Shown here in pieces: positions 39,181-52,600 of a stretch of DNA of 64,000 bases (position 1 is its first letter; each line of letters opens with the position of its first letter). The notes below the pieces were generated by a model. It was not told where the DNA came from. It made no database searches and saw nothing but the letters and a program-made list of their open reading frames with translations. Origin of the DNA: Eledone cirrhosa (Eukaryota). The stretch covers positions 386,322,001 through 386,386,000 of the forward strand of contig OZ024741.1 in assembly GCA_964016885.1 (NCBI GenBank), written 5' to 3'. Made by a program: the position numbers and the translations under genes.

Positions 39181-39290
39181 ATAGGAAAAGAGTCAGGACA
39201 CCGACAGCTGAGCTCCGGCCGTTTCGACAGCTAGATCTAGCTGTCGAAACGGCTGGAGCTCAGCCACCGGAGTCCTGACTCTTTTCCTAT
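39181..39290. repeat. Hairpin with a loop-less palindromic centre
   Basis: ataggaaaagagtcaggac..tttcgacagctagatctagctgtcgaaa..gtcctgactcttttcctat. Confidence 0.9.
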
Positions 39291-39385
39291 ATGTATACAC
39301 ACACACACACGCATATATCTATCTATATATATGTAAGTATGTATGTATACGTACATACATATATGTATACAGACGTACAGTAGCA

Positions 39386-39447
<62 letters not shown>

Positions 39448-40088
39448 CAGGTACACATACATATATGTACGTATCAGTTTAGCGGACGCTTATTATAGCG
39501 CCCGCTTTGTTCGTTTGTAAACAAACTGAACAGCCTGAATTTATGCCGCACGGTGTTAAGGCAACCACGCCACCTTTTTGTTCAACACTGACACAGGAAC
39601 GATGTACTAGTTTCAAGCTTGTTAGCTATCATCAGCACCGTATACCCATCTGCCAGATAGTTGAACGTTCGAAAGTATATACTTTCCTTATGAAAATTAA
39701 CGGCTGAGCAGCCTAATTTGCATATCGAGTGAGTTAAATCGGTCAGGCGCACCGAAAACGATGAGTTGTAATAAAATGAAAACGAAATTTCATTTCTCAC
39801 TCTTAGTACGGCACTTACTTAAATGTAAGTATGTATGTATACGTACATACATATATGTATACAGACGTACAGTAGCATGTTCACCATACCGAGTTAGTTC
39901 ACCATACCGAGAACAATTGTTTCACCTTAACGGATCCTCAGCGGATCCTCAGCTCGTACTCACTTAGGTACCACTTCTACCTAACTCGTCCCATGGACTG
40001 AGTGCTCTACCACTACGGATATTACTTTCCAGTGTTCTACCCCTCTCTCTCTCTATATATAAATATACATATACATATATATATATGT

Positions 40089-40154
<66 letters not shown>

Positions 40155-40159
<5 letters not shown>

Positions 40160-40281
40160 AAAAAGTATGACCCCGACGGCAGAGCTCAAGCCGTTTCGAC
40201 GGCTATTTCTGGACCTTTTTAGTCCAGAAATAGCCGTCGAAACGGCTTGAGCTCTGCCGTCGGGGTCATACTTTTTCCTAT
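40155..40281. repeat. Perfect ~60 bp-arm hairpin, same family as 39181-39290
   Basis: Arms ataggaaaaagtatgaccccgacggcagagctcaagccgtttcgacggctatttctggac and its exact reverse complement; 7-nt loop. Confidence 0.92.
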
Positions 40282-40665
40282 TTCCCACTCTACTACCCTA
40301 AGTATTGAGTACTCTGGTGCGTTATGGTCCATCTGGTTCCTTAGCATAATTCCTTTGTTATATATATATATATATATACACACATATATATATATAGTAA
40401 AAAAATGCGTTAGCAGCCGAAGTGTATGATAAAGTTATATCTGCATAAATACAGAGTCTGTAACCGGGACTGCACCAACGTGTATAACTTTATCATATAC
40501 TTCGGTTGCTAGCGCACTTATATATATTAATTACCAACACAAGCCCTAATTATATGCAAATTAATACCTCCATTTCAGAATAATACTAAGAGAGAATAGG
40601 TATATATATACCCCCCTTCTATTATATACCCATCATATACATATGTTGTTGATTGGATGATATAC

Positions 40666-40714
40666 ACGTTTTCTGATGAGGGTCCAATTACATCTGAAAA
40701 TCGATTAAAATCGT
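40666..40714 (+). ncRNA. Minimal type I hammerhead ribozyme motif
   Basis: acgtttt CTGATGA gggt ccaattac atct GAAA atcgat TA aaatcgt. Intact core, palindromic stem III (aatcgatt). Confidence 0.6.
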
Positions 40715-40779
40715 ATTTCCTGGAATGTTTACATGCCTACATATTTGATATGTGTATATATTTATACACATTGGTGCAG

Positions 40780-40821
<42 letters not shown>

Positions 40822-40859
40822 GAGAGAGAGATCTGTATAAATACAGTGTATAATCGTGG

Positions 40860-41200
40860 GACCATGGGGTGAATGAGAAGGGAAGTGAGAAAGTTGAGAA
40901 ATACCAGGAGCTGAAGAGAGAAATTAGGAAACCATGGAGAATCAGAAGTGGTCCTGATTGTGGTTGATGGACTGGGAGCAGTTAGTAAAAGGTTGGATGC
41001 ATGGATTGAGAAGCTAGGAATTACCATCAGGGCAGGATTGTTGCAGAAAAGAGCCTTGCTAGGAACAACAAGAAGTCTAAGAAGGGTGTTGGGAAAGTTG
41101 AAGGAGAAGGAATGACTCAAAGGACCTTTGACCATTGGCTAGGGCTCGCTCTTTTGGTATAATGTCGGTATAACATCTGCCAGAACAAAAGAGTTAGGAA
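40860..41200 (+). mobile_element. 3' fragment of an R4/Dong-like RLE element ending at (AAT)n
   Basis: EKVEKYQELKREI..VVLIVVDGLGAVSKRL..GLLQKRALLGTTRSLRRVL. Confidence 0.8.
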
Positions 41201-41211
41201 CAATAATAATA

Positions 41212-43620
41212 ATTTCTTTATTATTGGCCACAGGGGCCGAACATAGAGGACAATACAAAGACGAGACGTTGGGGGTTTACATAAATTTGTGTAAAGACAA
41301 TGCATCTAAAACAATTAATAATACAATAAAAACAACAGAATTTCCCAATAGGGAGGATATCACCCTAGGGTGACGTTAGGAACCCCACAAATCCTAACCC
41401 ATCTTCGTCTCCAACAGTACTCTAGGAAGGTGCCCCTTTCTCCTTTAATCCCTCCAGCCTTCAGGTATATGGTCAGCGTAGGTTCACTCACAGGGACCAT
41501 CCTCACAACAATAACCCAACTTTTCACAGCACTTCCCTGTCCCTCCTCACCTTCCTTTTCAAGTGGAACCTGAAAAAGTAGATGAGGAATTGACCGAAGA
41601 GAAAAGTGTCTTTTCTCTTCGGTCAATTCATGCCTCAGTGCATGTTTGCGCATCATTAGCCACGGCATGCCCAGCCCTCCACATAGAGGCTGCTGTCAGC
41701 AGATGGACCGCTTCACCAACGGAACCTGTTCCCTCCACAAGAAGTTGAAGAGGAGCCGTTCCAATTTGGCGAGCCGTGAACAGGGACAAGGCATGACGGT
41801 CAGGCGGTAGTAGATGACGGGCGCGATGTATGCGTTCGCCAACTCCGCCCGACCTTTCAGGGACAGCTTCCCCTCGGCTCATTCCTGGGTGAGAGTGGCT
41901 ATCCTGTTCGTAACCTCGTCCCAATTCTTATCCACCCCGAGGTCTAGTCAGAACGAGACCCCGAGCAACTTTACCAGTTCGTCCGTCCAGCACCCGACGA
42001 CACTGTTGAACGCCATGGACTTGCCTGTCTAGGTGCCAAGCTGCAAGCTCACCGACTTTTCCGAGTTTAGGAAAATCTAGTCGGTACCTGCCAGACAGTT
42101 GGAACTGGCTGATCACGTACTTGAGGTTTTTGCATCCCCCGCTCCTATCAGCAACTCCCACACAATCCCAGCGCGTGTCGTCTAACATGCGGTTCCAATC
42201 CTTCACTAACAGTAAAGGGCGAGACGTTTCCAGGATGGCTTCCAGGCACCTAAAAAATCCGGCCATCCGGCCCTGGTCGGGACGTAGACAGCCACCAGTC
42301 TAAAGGCATCACCTTCACTATTGTTCACGTCCAAGATCACCACCTTACCGTCAGGGTCCCAGAAGATCGACCTTGCCTCGAGATCTAGGCCTTTCTAAAA
42401 ACGGCACTGCCACCTCACCTCTCATTCCCCACCGACTAAAAGATGCAAAGATCCGATAGTCGTAAAATTGGGGGCTAGTGTGCGTGTGTCAGAAATCATG
42501 GTCTCACTGACGGCAATCACATTCTATCTAAATGACCTGAGGTCTTTCAGCAAGCGACCCTGCTTCTAGGATGACTTCAGTGAACGAACATTTAAACAAC
42601 CTTCTCTTAAGATAGCCACGTTGGCTGGTTGAACGAGAAATAAATGTTTACTTACTTTCCGGGCGCTTGTAGAGGTCCGGTTCTTCTATCTCGATTTCGG
42701 TGGTGTTTCTTTGAGGAACCCCTTTAAAAATCTGATCGTATCTGTAACATTTGTAGGCACTCAGCGACATTCGTACCATCATGAAAACTTTCGGTACTCG
42801 AAATTTGCTGGTACCAAATATTTCCCCTATTTTTCGATTTCTTTGCTTCGTGCTATGAGGGCCATACATTTCTTCTTGACTCTTCTCACTAGCACGAAGT
42901 TTTCTCTCTGTGTGTGTGTGCTTTGTTGTTGTGCTTGTGCGAGTTTTCGTTTGGGTGATTGAGATAGTAGTCGTGGTGGTGGTGTTGTTGTGGATATGCT
43001 TGTGTTTGTTGTGTGTAGTGTCTGCGTTTTTTGTTGTGTGTGTGCGGTGTTTGGATTTAAAACATTTTTCTGTGTCTGTGTTTTTTTTTTTTTTATGTTA
43101 TGGTAGTCCCTTGTCTTCCCTACGAGAAGACGAGGTTTCTGAGTCTGATTCAGGCGTCTGTGTATTCGTGTTTGTCTGTGTGTTTACGTGTATTTGTTTC
43201 GGGAGGGGGAGAAGGAGAACTTTTCTCACCTTTCCCTTTGGTGGATTCGGACGTTTATGAGGGTACCGTAGGTACCATCCTTGATTACGCATCCCAGGAG
43301 CCACCATAAATCTAGTCCTGGCGAGATTCTTGGAATGCGGACCTTTACAGTTCTTTTACCCATTTAGGAGGGGTACATCATAAAGTGGTCCGTTTTACAG
43401 GGGCCACCGAATGTTTAATAGCAAGGGCTTCGGTTTTGAGTCACACCGAGGTGGTTACCGAGTCTGCCCCTTGCTATATACTCGATATCTTCTCTGATCC
43501 ATTTCAGTGCAGCCTCCACTTCAGATTGTAGGGGCGATTCCGCTTTGCAGATTTGCACTGAAATGCATCTAAAAATTAAAGTTCTCTTTTGTGCTGCCGC
43601 CATCACTTCGGCTGGGACAG
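41212..43620 (-). mobile_element. Multiply deleted Tx1-like LINE
   Basis: In order on the minus strand: ORF1 pieces (43620-42648), APE start (42620-42070), RT C-terminal part (42060-41640), 3' end (41610-41212). Confidence 0.82.
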
Positions 43621-43624
43621 TTAA

Positions 43625-45520
43625 TACTAATAATATTTTGGCCAAGGTGTTAGCAACGAGATTGGCGCTTGTCGTCGGTGATCTGGTGGGAGAGGCGCAG
43701 ACATGCGCCATTCCGGACAGATCCATCCACGACAACCTCCACCCCATGCGATACATCATAGAGAGGGTGGTGGTTAAGGAACCTGGCAATCTAAGGCATT
43801 TGATAGGGTCGACCATCGGTACCTGGCGGCGGTCCTCGAGGCGGCAGGTTTCGGGCCCATTTTCAGGGGTTGGATCGCTGAGATGCACAGCGACATCTGC
43901 TCAGTTGTGAAGGTGAACGGTCATCTGTTACAGCCATTCAGCATCATGCACGCGGTCCGTCACGGTTGTCACCTCTCGTCACTCTTGTACGTATTGGCCC
44001 TAGAGCCGTTACTGCACAAATTGGAGGCTCTCAAGGAATAGGAAGCGAGACAGGAGCAAAGCTAAACCAGGAAAAGTCGGTGGGCTTGCAACTCGGCACC
44101 TGGAGAGGCAAGTCCATGCCGTCCGACAGCGTTGTGGGCGCTGGACGAAAGGAAAGGCTAAATTGCTCGGGGTCTGGTTCGGTCCGGACCTCCAGATGGA
44201 GAAAAACTGGAGCGAGGTGACTAACAGGGTGGCCTCTCTCACCCAGAAATGGGCTGAGAGGAGGCTGTCTCTGAAAGGTCGGGCGGAGGTGGCGAATGCG
44301 TGCATAGCGTCCGTCATCTGCTACCGCCTGACCGTCGTGCCTTTCCCCCGCCCAACTCTGACCAAATTGGAGCGCCTTCTCTTCTGCTTTTGTGGAAGAG
44401 ACGTGCTCCCATGGTCAGACGATCCATTTGCTGTCAACCTCCGGTGCGTGGAGGACTAGGCATGACCAGGCTGATGATGCGCAAACATGCGCTGAGGCTG
44501 CGACATCTCTGGTGCTTCCTTGACGGTGAACAGGTGTGGTCACCGTTTGCCAGACGCGCTTTTCCCCAGCTCGTCTCCTTGACGGAACTGAAGTTCTGGA
44601 TCAGGAAAAGACCGAGGGAAAGAGCTTGGAAGCTGGAATGTCTCCACGCGCTCACCGCCCTCTACCAGCTGGGCACTAGTATCGGTAGAACATCCACCTC
44701 GGCGTTCTATAGAGGGCTAGTGGAGGGAGACCCTGGGCGTATGGACAACTTCCAGAAATTCCTGGCCTGGCAGTGCTACCAGGGAGCGTTGCCGGTTCGG
44801 GATAAGCTCTACAGGCACGGATATTGCTGTCAGCCGAGCCTGTCCGAGATGCGCGCAGGGCGACGAAACCGTGCTGCACATACTCGTTCAGTGCCCGAGG
44901 ATTGCTGACTTGTGGAGATATGTCGAACAGCTGTTGCTGCGTGTAGGTCAGATCCGGTTATCGACTGAGTCCATTGTGCAGATAGCCCCACCATCTTCCT
45001 TTCAAGAGAAGGAAAGGCAGGCAGTTTTCATCTGCCTGGTGGCCATGGCGAAAGAGATTGTGTGGTGGACAAGGTTGAAAGGGTTGAAGACGGACACTTT
45101 CCTCTTCGGCCAATCCCTGATTAACTTTTTCGAGTTTCACTTGAAGAGGAAAATCAGGGTGGAGAGGCAAGTGCTGCCTTCTAGTAAGTTTGTTGAAAGG
45201 TGGGTGAAAGTGGCATGTCTGGTCCGAGTGAACGGGCCCGCTCTGAGTATGCGCCTGTAGACTGAGGAGTGGGAAAACTGAAAGAGGGCGCTTGCCCTGG
45301 TGGTCAGGGTGGCCGTGGTCTTTTATGTGGTTTTCGCCACGAGTGACCCTCGGAAGTTTCCCCCCTATTGGGGAATGTTTTGTTGTTTGAATTTTTTTTT
45401 ATATTTCTATCTTGTTATAACCTTTTTTACACGGCCAAAACCCACTTTGTATCGTCCTGTACCGTTCTGTGCCGTCTGTAATGTTTTTCTTGATGTCAGC
45501 CCTTGTGGCCAATAACGAAA
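43625..45520 (+). mobile_element. 5'-truncated Tx1-like LINE (RT, zf-RVT, 3' UTR, (ATT)n)
   Basis: ILAKVLATRL..QTCAIPDRSIHDN, LGVWFG, LSLKGRA, GGLGM, LPVRDKL, CPRCAQGDETVLH-like. Frameshifted. Confidence 0.9.
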
Positions 45521-45521
45521 C

Positions 45522-45562
<41 letters not shown>

Positions 45563-45563
<1 letters not shown>

Positions 45564-46012
45564 GGTGGACGCGTCTGAAAGGGCTAAAGACGAGCACTTA
45601 CCTCTTCGGTGATGCCCTAATTAACTTTTTCCAATTTCATTTGAAAAGGAAAATCAGGGTAGAGAGGGAGGTGCTCTCTTCCCAGCTTTTTGTTGAAAGA
45701 TGGGTGAGAGAGGCAAGAATGGCCCGAGTGAATAGACCTACTCTAAGTATATGCCTGTAAATTGAAGGTGGAAAACTGCGAGAGGACATTTGCCCTGGTG
45801 GTCAGGGTCACCGTGGCTTTTTTTAATGGGCTTTCTCCACGATGGCCCTCGGAAGACTCCCCCCTATTGGGAAATTTTTCATTGTTCTTTTATTACATCC
45901 TCTGTTTTTTTGTTTTATTACACGCAGAAATGCCCATTTGTACCGTCCTGTATTGTCTTGTACTGTCCTTAATGTCTCACTTTATGTAAACCCTTGTGGT
46001 TAATAAATAAAG
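45563..46012 (+). mobile_element. 3' fragment of a second Tx1-like subfamily
   Basis: WWTRLKGLKTSTYLFGDALINFF.. plus 3' UTR, lying between two (ATT)n tracts. Matches 62970-63420(-). Confidence 0.88.
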
Positions 46013-46067
<55 letters not shown>

Positions 46068-49000
46068 GGTCTAATCGGACGTATTTTGCTCGCTCCCAGT
46101 AAGTCGCTTTATTTGCCTGTTAAAATTATTTGTTGTTAAATATTTCTTGTTGCGTAAGGGGAAAGTATAATATTTGGGCCTTTTGGCCAAATATTTGAAC
46201 TTTTTTTACATTTTAAAAAATTTACGGAGTAAAAAAAAAACATGGCTGTGCCACGCCCCCCCAGCGATATGTCGGCTGTCGTGCGACAACGACGTGGAAG
46301 TTGAGAGGAGCGCTACAGCGAAATTAACACACATTGATAACACAAACACCACCACAAACAAGGTAAACAAAGACACCAATGATACCAATAAGAACTCTAA
46401 TTTTGAAAAAAATGACAGTAACAGCGACAACGAAAATACAGATAACAAAAAAAAACAACAAATGCAACAACAATATCAACACCACTAACATGAAAACAAA
46501 TAGCGACAACACCAACAGCAACAATACCAACTGCACCGAGAACAACGGTGGCAGCAAAGACAACAATAATAACAGCGACAGTGCTAACAACAACACCCAC
46601 AACGAAAACAAGACCACTTTCGCTGCGGCAGCAGCAAAAACTGGCCATGCTTCAACATGGGCCTCTCAAACAAAGATGAAAAGTTGGCCCAGGCATGGAA
46701 GCTCATCAAGCAAGAGCAAACTTGGGCTAACTTAACTGTCCCGGTAGAAGTTATTGAGGCAATGGAGCGTAGAACGGTGCATTATAGATGCATCTCAGCA
46801 CAAACCAAAAGGGCAGCTTTAATCCCACAAGAAGATGTCGAAATCGCGCTGAGGTGCATCAGAGAAAACACCCAGTACATAGAGTGGGGCAGACAGTACG
46901 GCACCATTTCGGTGTTGTTTAGGTCAGAAGCCCTCGCTATGAAACCCGCTATGACTCCTTGCAAAACCAGCAAGGTCATGATGTACCCCTCCCACATGGG
47001 AAAAAGAACGGCCTGTCTCCGCATTCCCAGAATCCCACCAGGACTTGACATGTGGTGGCTTATGGGATGTGTGATTGTGGAAGGAACGGATACCGTCCCT
47101 ATAGAAGTGACCAGAACGGCCAGAGAGGAGTGGTCCGGGGTTGACCTGGAGATCCTTCTCCAGATCAGGCTCGAGAATGTGAAGACAATCCCGGACCACA
47201 TCCGCCTTCAGAATGGGACGGTCATTCATATTATGACCGAAGGCAAAAGGCCGCAGTGTTTTGTTTGTGGGGAAAAAACCCATTTGCGAGCCTTCTGCCC
47301 TCAACTGCTGAAAGAGGCAAGGGGTCGAAAGGTTCCACTGCTGCCGACGCTGGGGCGAGGACCACAACCAACATCAGCACCGGCAAAACAACCAACAACA
47401 ACACCAATAGAAAGACCACCACCAACAGTGACCACTCAGGGGGGAAACGAGGAAAGCTGTCAAATTCCACCTCCGCTCCCAAAATACACACACTAATAAA
47501 ACCATAAACATACATACAGACACACTTACAGACACAGACCCCTCATCTACCAGTAGTGAAGATGAGGGAAAACCAAAATCCTCCAAAATACAAAAAAGGA
47601 AACACACAAAAAAAAAAAAAACTCAACAAAGCACAAAATCACCCACAATAAAAAAAACACAGACACCACCCACGCAAACATCTTTCCAATAACACCAACA
47701 TCAACACCACCATCACCAGAATCCCCCAAACGCAAATAACCTAAACAGACGCAAGAACAAATATACACACAAACATCTGAAACCAGGCACCGCTCTCACA
47801 ACAAACACAGACACAACCGAAACAACACCACCAAAACCATCACCACCACAGCCACACAAACAAATAAAATCACACCAACAAAACATACAAAACTTCGTGC
47901 TCGTCAGGAGGGCCAACAAGGAACTTATGGCCCTCGTAGCACGAAGTGAAAATATACAAAAAGAGGGGGAAATTTTTAAATCGAGCACATTTCGCGTGCC
48001 GGAAGATTTGGTTCTGGTGCGAATGTCGATCGATTTATACAAAGAAATACGAGACAGCTTTCCTCGGGACGTGCGAACCCCGAACGTAAAACCCACTTCA
48101 AGACTTTTAAAGGGGTTCCCAAAAGAAACCCCACCTACTATGGAGGTCGAACAACCCGACCTTTTCAAGAGCCCGGAAGGTAAGTAAACCTTTCCTCTCT
48201 CTCCTTTTAACCTGCCAACATGGCCGTATTAAGAGTAGGATGTTTAAATGTTCGAGGCCTGGGATCGTCCTGGAAGTAGGGTCACCTGCTCAACGACCTC
48301 AGGTCTCTAGAAATGGATGTAATTGCCGTCAGCGAGACCAGGATTTCCGACACGCGCACACTAGACCCCATTTTCGACGACTATTAGATCTTTGCATCTG
48401 TTAGCCGGCCGGGAATGGGAGGCGGGGTGGCAGTGCTGTTTAGGAAAGGCCTGGATCTCGAGGTAAGGTCGATCTTCCGGGACCCGGACGGGAAGTTGGT
48501 GGTCCTGGACGTGAACAACAACGAAGGTGGTGCCTTTAGACTGGTGGCCGTCTATGCTCCTACTAGGGCAGGACGGCCGGACTTCTTTAGACGCCTGGAA
48601 GCCTTTCTGGGTACGTCTCGCCCTTTACTGTTAGCGGGGGACTGGAACGGCATCTTAGACGCACACTGGGATTGTGTGGGAATATCCGATAGGAGCGGGG
48701 GGTGAAAAAGCCTCAAGTACCTGATCAGCCAGTTCCAACTGTCTGACAGGTACCGACTAGATTTCCCTAATGCGCCAGTGTGGATCTGGGCTAACCGCAT
48801 AGGGTCATCTAGTTCGTATATAGACAGGATATTCATTAGGAAAATAGACAGAAATAGTGTAAGCTCTCCACGTTTTGAAACGGTAGCCTATTCAGATCAC
48901 AAGTTTGTGATCTGTATGGTCGACTTAGATAAGACGCGTAGGTTAGGACCTGGTTACTGGAAGCTAAACATGTCATTTCCGGCACGTAAGGCTTACAGGG

Positions 49001-49545
49001 ACCAGGTCAACAATTTAGTTAAGAAAAAGTTGACAGGGGGAGTCGTCAACAATAGATGGTGGGGAGCTCTCAAAAGAGAGATTAGAGTAATGTCGATAGA
49101 GTTTAGCAAAGAGGTAGCGTTAGAGAAAAATAGACAGGAGGGGGAGTTGATAGATAAGTTAGACGAGGCTATTGGTAGTGGCATTGCAACTGACGTGCTA
49201 GCGGCGAGAATGGCATTAGACCATTTCTTCAATGCGAAACACGAAGGTTGAATTGTCAGAGCTAAGGCGCGTGCTCTGAAAAACGAGGGAACCAAAGCTG
49301 TTCGATGGGCCCGCGTGGCAGAGGCGCAGCGTGGTAATAAAACCACGATTTTGGCCCAGATCTTTTCCTATCGGGGAATTTATTTTGTTATATTTATGCA
49401 TAATTTATTTTATATTTTTTATATCTTCATTGTTAAATTAGTCTTGCCATTGTGCACTTTTACTCGACCTTATTATAAACCCCCACTGTCCCTGTCTTTG
49501 TATTGTCCCCTACATGTCGGCCCTTGTGGCTAATAAATGAAATCA
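46068..49545 (+). mobile_element. Tx1-like LINE with intact 5' end, ORF1 (CCHC knuckle), APE, internal deletion of RT, own 3' end
   Basis: ORF1 contains CFVCGEKTHLRAFC. ORF2 starts MAVLRVGCLNVRGL at 48219, with VYAP, GDWN and SDH motifs. Jumps at ~49350 to the 3' UTR. Confidence 0.92.
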
Positions 49546-49694
49546 TTATTATTATTGTTGATGTCAGCCCTTGTGGCCAATAAAGAAATCATTATTATTA
49601 TTATTGTTCTTTGAGTCTCAGTCATTGATGTTATTTAACTGGAAAGTTTCGTTGAAATGAATATCAAGCCGTTATAATTATTTTTATTATTATA

Positions 49695-52600
49695 GCTGCA
49701 TTTATCTTGCTTTATGTTCATACGAGTTATCACCAAGTCACAACCAGTGACCTCAAGAGACAACAAGGTCCGCCATGTTCAAGAAAGAACATACATACTC
49801 ACACATGCATCTTTAGTGTTTAGACTTGTGATGTACTTATATTGACAGAATCTTCCTTAGTATATGGGCAGTTCCCATTAGTACTATCTTTTGTATTTCT
49901 CCTATACGCGGGTTTCCTGGGATTTGCGATAAGTAATCATTAGACCCCTTAGGTATCATTCCTAGAGCGCCTACAACCACTGGTATTGTTTTAGTTCTCA
50001 ATTTCCACATTTTTCCAATTTCTATCTCCAGGTCCTTATACTTGCTCAATTTTTCAAATGTTTTTATAGATACATTCTTGTCTATTGGAACGGACATATC
50101 AATTAGCAGGCATACCCTCTTTTTAAAGTCCTTCAATATTATATCAGGTCTATTTGCATCTATTTTTCGGTCTGTTTGGATGCTAAAGTTCCACAAGATT
50201 GAGATGTGATCTTTTTCAAGTACGGAAGGTGGTTGATGCTCCCACCAATTCTTTTGATGGGGCAGGTCAAAATGCTTACACATTATCCAATGTATGTATT
50301 GTGCAGCTCTGTCATGCCTATTTAGGTATTCGGTTGGAGCTATAGGACTGCACATTGAAATTATATGGTCAATGGTCTCTGGTTGTTTTTTACATACACG
50401 GCATAATGGGCTGCATCCATTTTTTATTATGTTGGCTTGGTAATTTTTTGTTGGCAGACACTGATCTTGTGCTGATATAATCAGTCCTTCAGTCTCCGAT
50501 TTCAGTCCAGAGGATGCCAACCACTGATGGGTTAAAGTTTTGTCAACATCGGGATTGTTAGCTCGCTCTGGGTATTTTCCATACAGAGGCTTTTCTTGCC
50601 ATTTCTTAGCCAGTTTCTGTAGCAGTTCTTTCTTTGCAGTTACTTTTACCTGCTTTGCTTTTTCTGTGTTTTCCATTTCAGCAGTAAATGGGACTTCTGA
50701 AATGTGTAGTCCATTACTGTATCTTTGTGCATCTTTTGTAATGGAGTATGATCTTTTGATGCTTTCGTGTTTCAAAACGAGTTTGATCATCCAATCATGT
50801 GATTCCCTTAGATATGTAGATAATCCAATTGTTGCAGTTTTCAACGCAATGTCTAACTGGATTAACCCACGTCCTCCTTCTTTCCTAGGGAGATATATTC
50901 TATCTATATATGCCTTAGGGTGATGCATTCTGTGCATGGTTAAGAATTTTAGAATTTTTGTATCGAGCCTACGGATCTCTGTGCTTGACCAGTTGATATC
51001 ATTGTAACTGTAGGTTACTACTGGTATGGCAAGCGTGTTTATGGCATCGATCCTATTCCTTGCATTCAATTCCGTTCTTAAGATTGCTCTTACTCTGCTT
51101 CTTACTCATTGTCGAGTGCTTGATTCCGTCTCCTTCACAAACACCTAGATATTTGTAAGTTTCCTCTTGATCAAGTTCTCTTATCACATTCCCTCGATCA
51201 AGATTAATGTCTGAACTTTTCAGCAGCTTTCCTCTGGTGAACGTTGCTTTGGCGCATTTATCTAGTCCAAACTCCATTTTAATGTCATCACTGAACTGCT
51301 CCACAGTGGATAATAGCCCTTGCAATTGTTCATCATTTTTTGCAAATAGTTTCAGGTCATCCATGTAGAACAAGTGATTAATGGTTTTGTCATAGACTTT
51401 ATATTCATGTTTTGTTTCATTTTACTTAATGGTATAAGTGCGATGCAGAATAAAAGCAGTGATAAAGAGTCACCCTGAAAAATTCCACAATTAATATTAA
51501 CTTCTCCAGCTTCCAGTGATTTTGTTTCACTATTTAAAAGGAGTATCGTTTTCCATGTCTTCATACTGAATGACAAAAACCTCCTGACAACAGGGGATAT
51601 TTTGAAAATCTCTAAACATTTTTCAATCCAACTGTGTGGCAAACTATCGAATGCTTTTTTATAATCTATCCAAGTAATTGATAGATTTTTGTGTCTATTA
51701 TGACAATCTTCCAGTATCATTTTGTTAACCAAAAGCTGATCCTTACAGCCATATGAACCTCGTTTACACCCTTTCTGCTCAATGGGAAATAGGTCATTTG
51801 TTATCAGGTGGTCATATGTATATTCAGTTAGGACTGATGTTAAAATTTTATACATTGGGGTCAAGCAAGTTATCGGTCTGTAATTTTTGGGATTGTTTGT
51901 CTCATCATTCTTCGGAAGCAGGAATGTAATGCCGTTAACTAGCCATGATGGTATCTTTTCTGGCTCCTTAACTATTTCATTGTAAAGTTGGGCTAACAGC
52001 TCATGAGACTCTGTGAAGGCATTTATCCAAATATTTTTTAGAGCCAAACGCAACTGTTCAACTGTTATATTTTCCCATATTTGTTCCTCAAGGTGAGCTG
52101 TATCTTTCATTTGTCTGTCTATCCATGGGGCATGTATATTATGAACTTTTTCTTCGGCCCAGATCTTTTCCCAGAATTCTTGCACTTACTCCTTGGGTGG
52201 TATTGATTTAGCAGCTATTGTTGACTTACCAATTTTTCTGTAGAAGTTTCTTTGGTTGGTTTTGAACATATTATTGTCCTTATAGAATCTAGATCATTTT
52301 TCAAAGCGCCTTATACGAGCAGCTTTGGCCGACACTTTTTGCTTGATTATTTCTATCAGCATGTCTATGTCACTTGTTGGTTTTATACTGTACTTTCTTT
52401 TCAATTTTCTAAGTTTAGTTTGTTTAACATGTTCACCTACTTTATAGTTTTTTAAAATTTCTATGTCAGATCGGAGAAGGTTTATTTGGTGATTGATGTT
52501 CTCTTGCCAAGTAGATTTCTTGTGGGAATTCCTTTGTTTTTTCATCTTCACTCCACATAAGTGAGTGGTGACTTTAGCCGATGCATAATAGAGATGATTT

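Noticed and set aside
40405-40517. loxP-like recombination site (ataactt..aagttat)
   Set aside because: Only short chance similarity within a longer inverted repeat; spacing and orientation are wrong.
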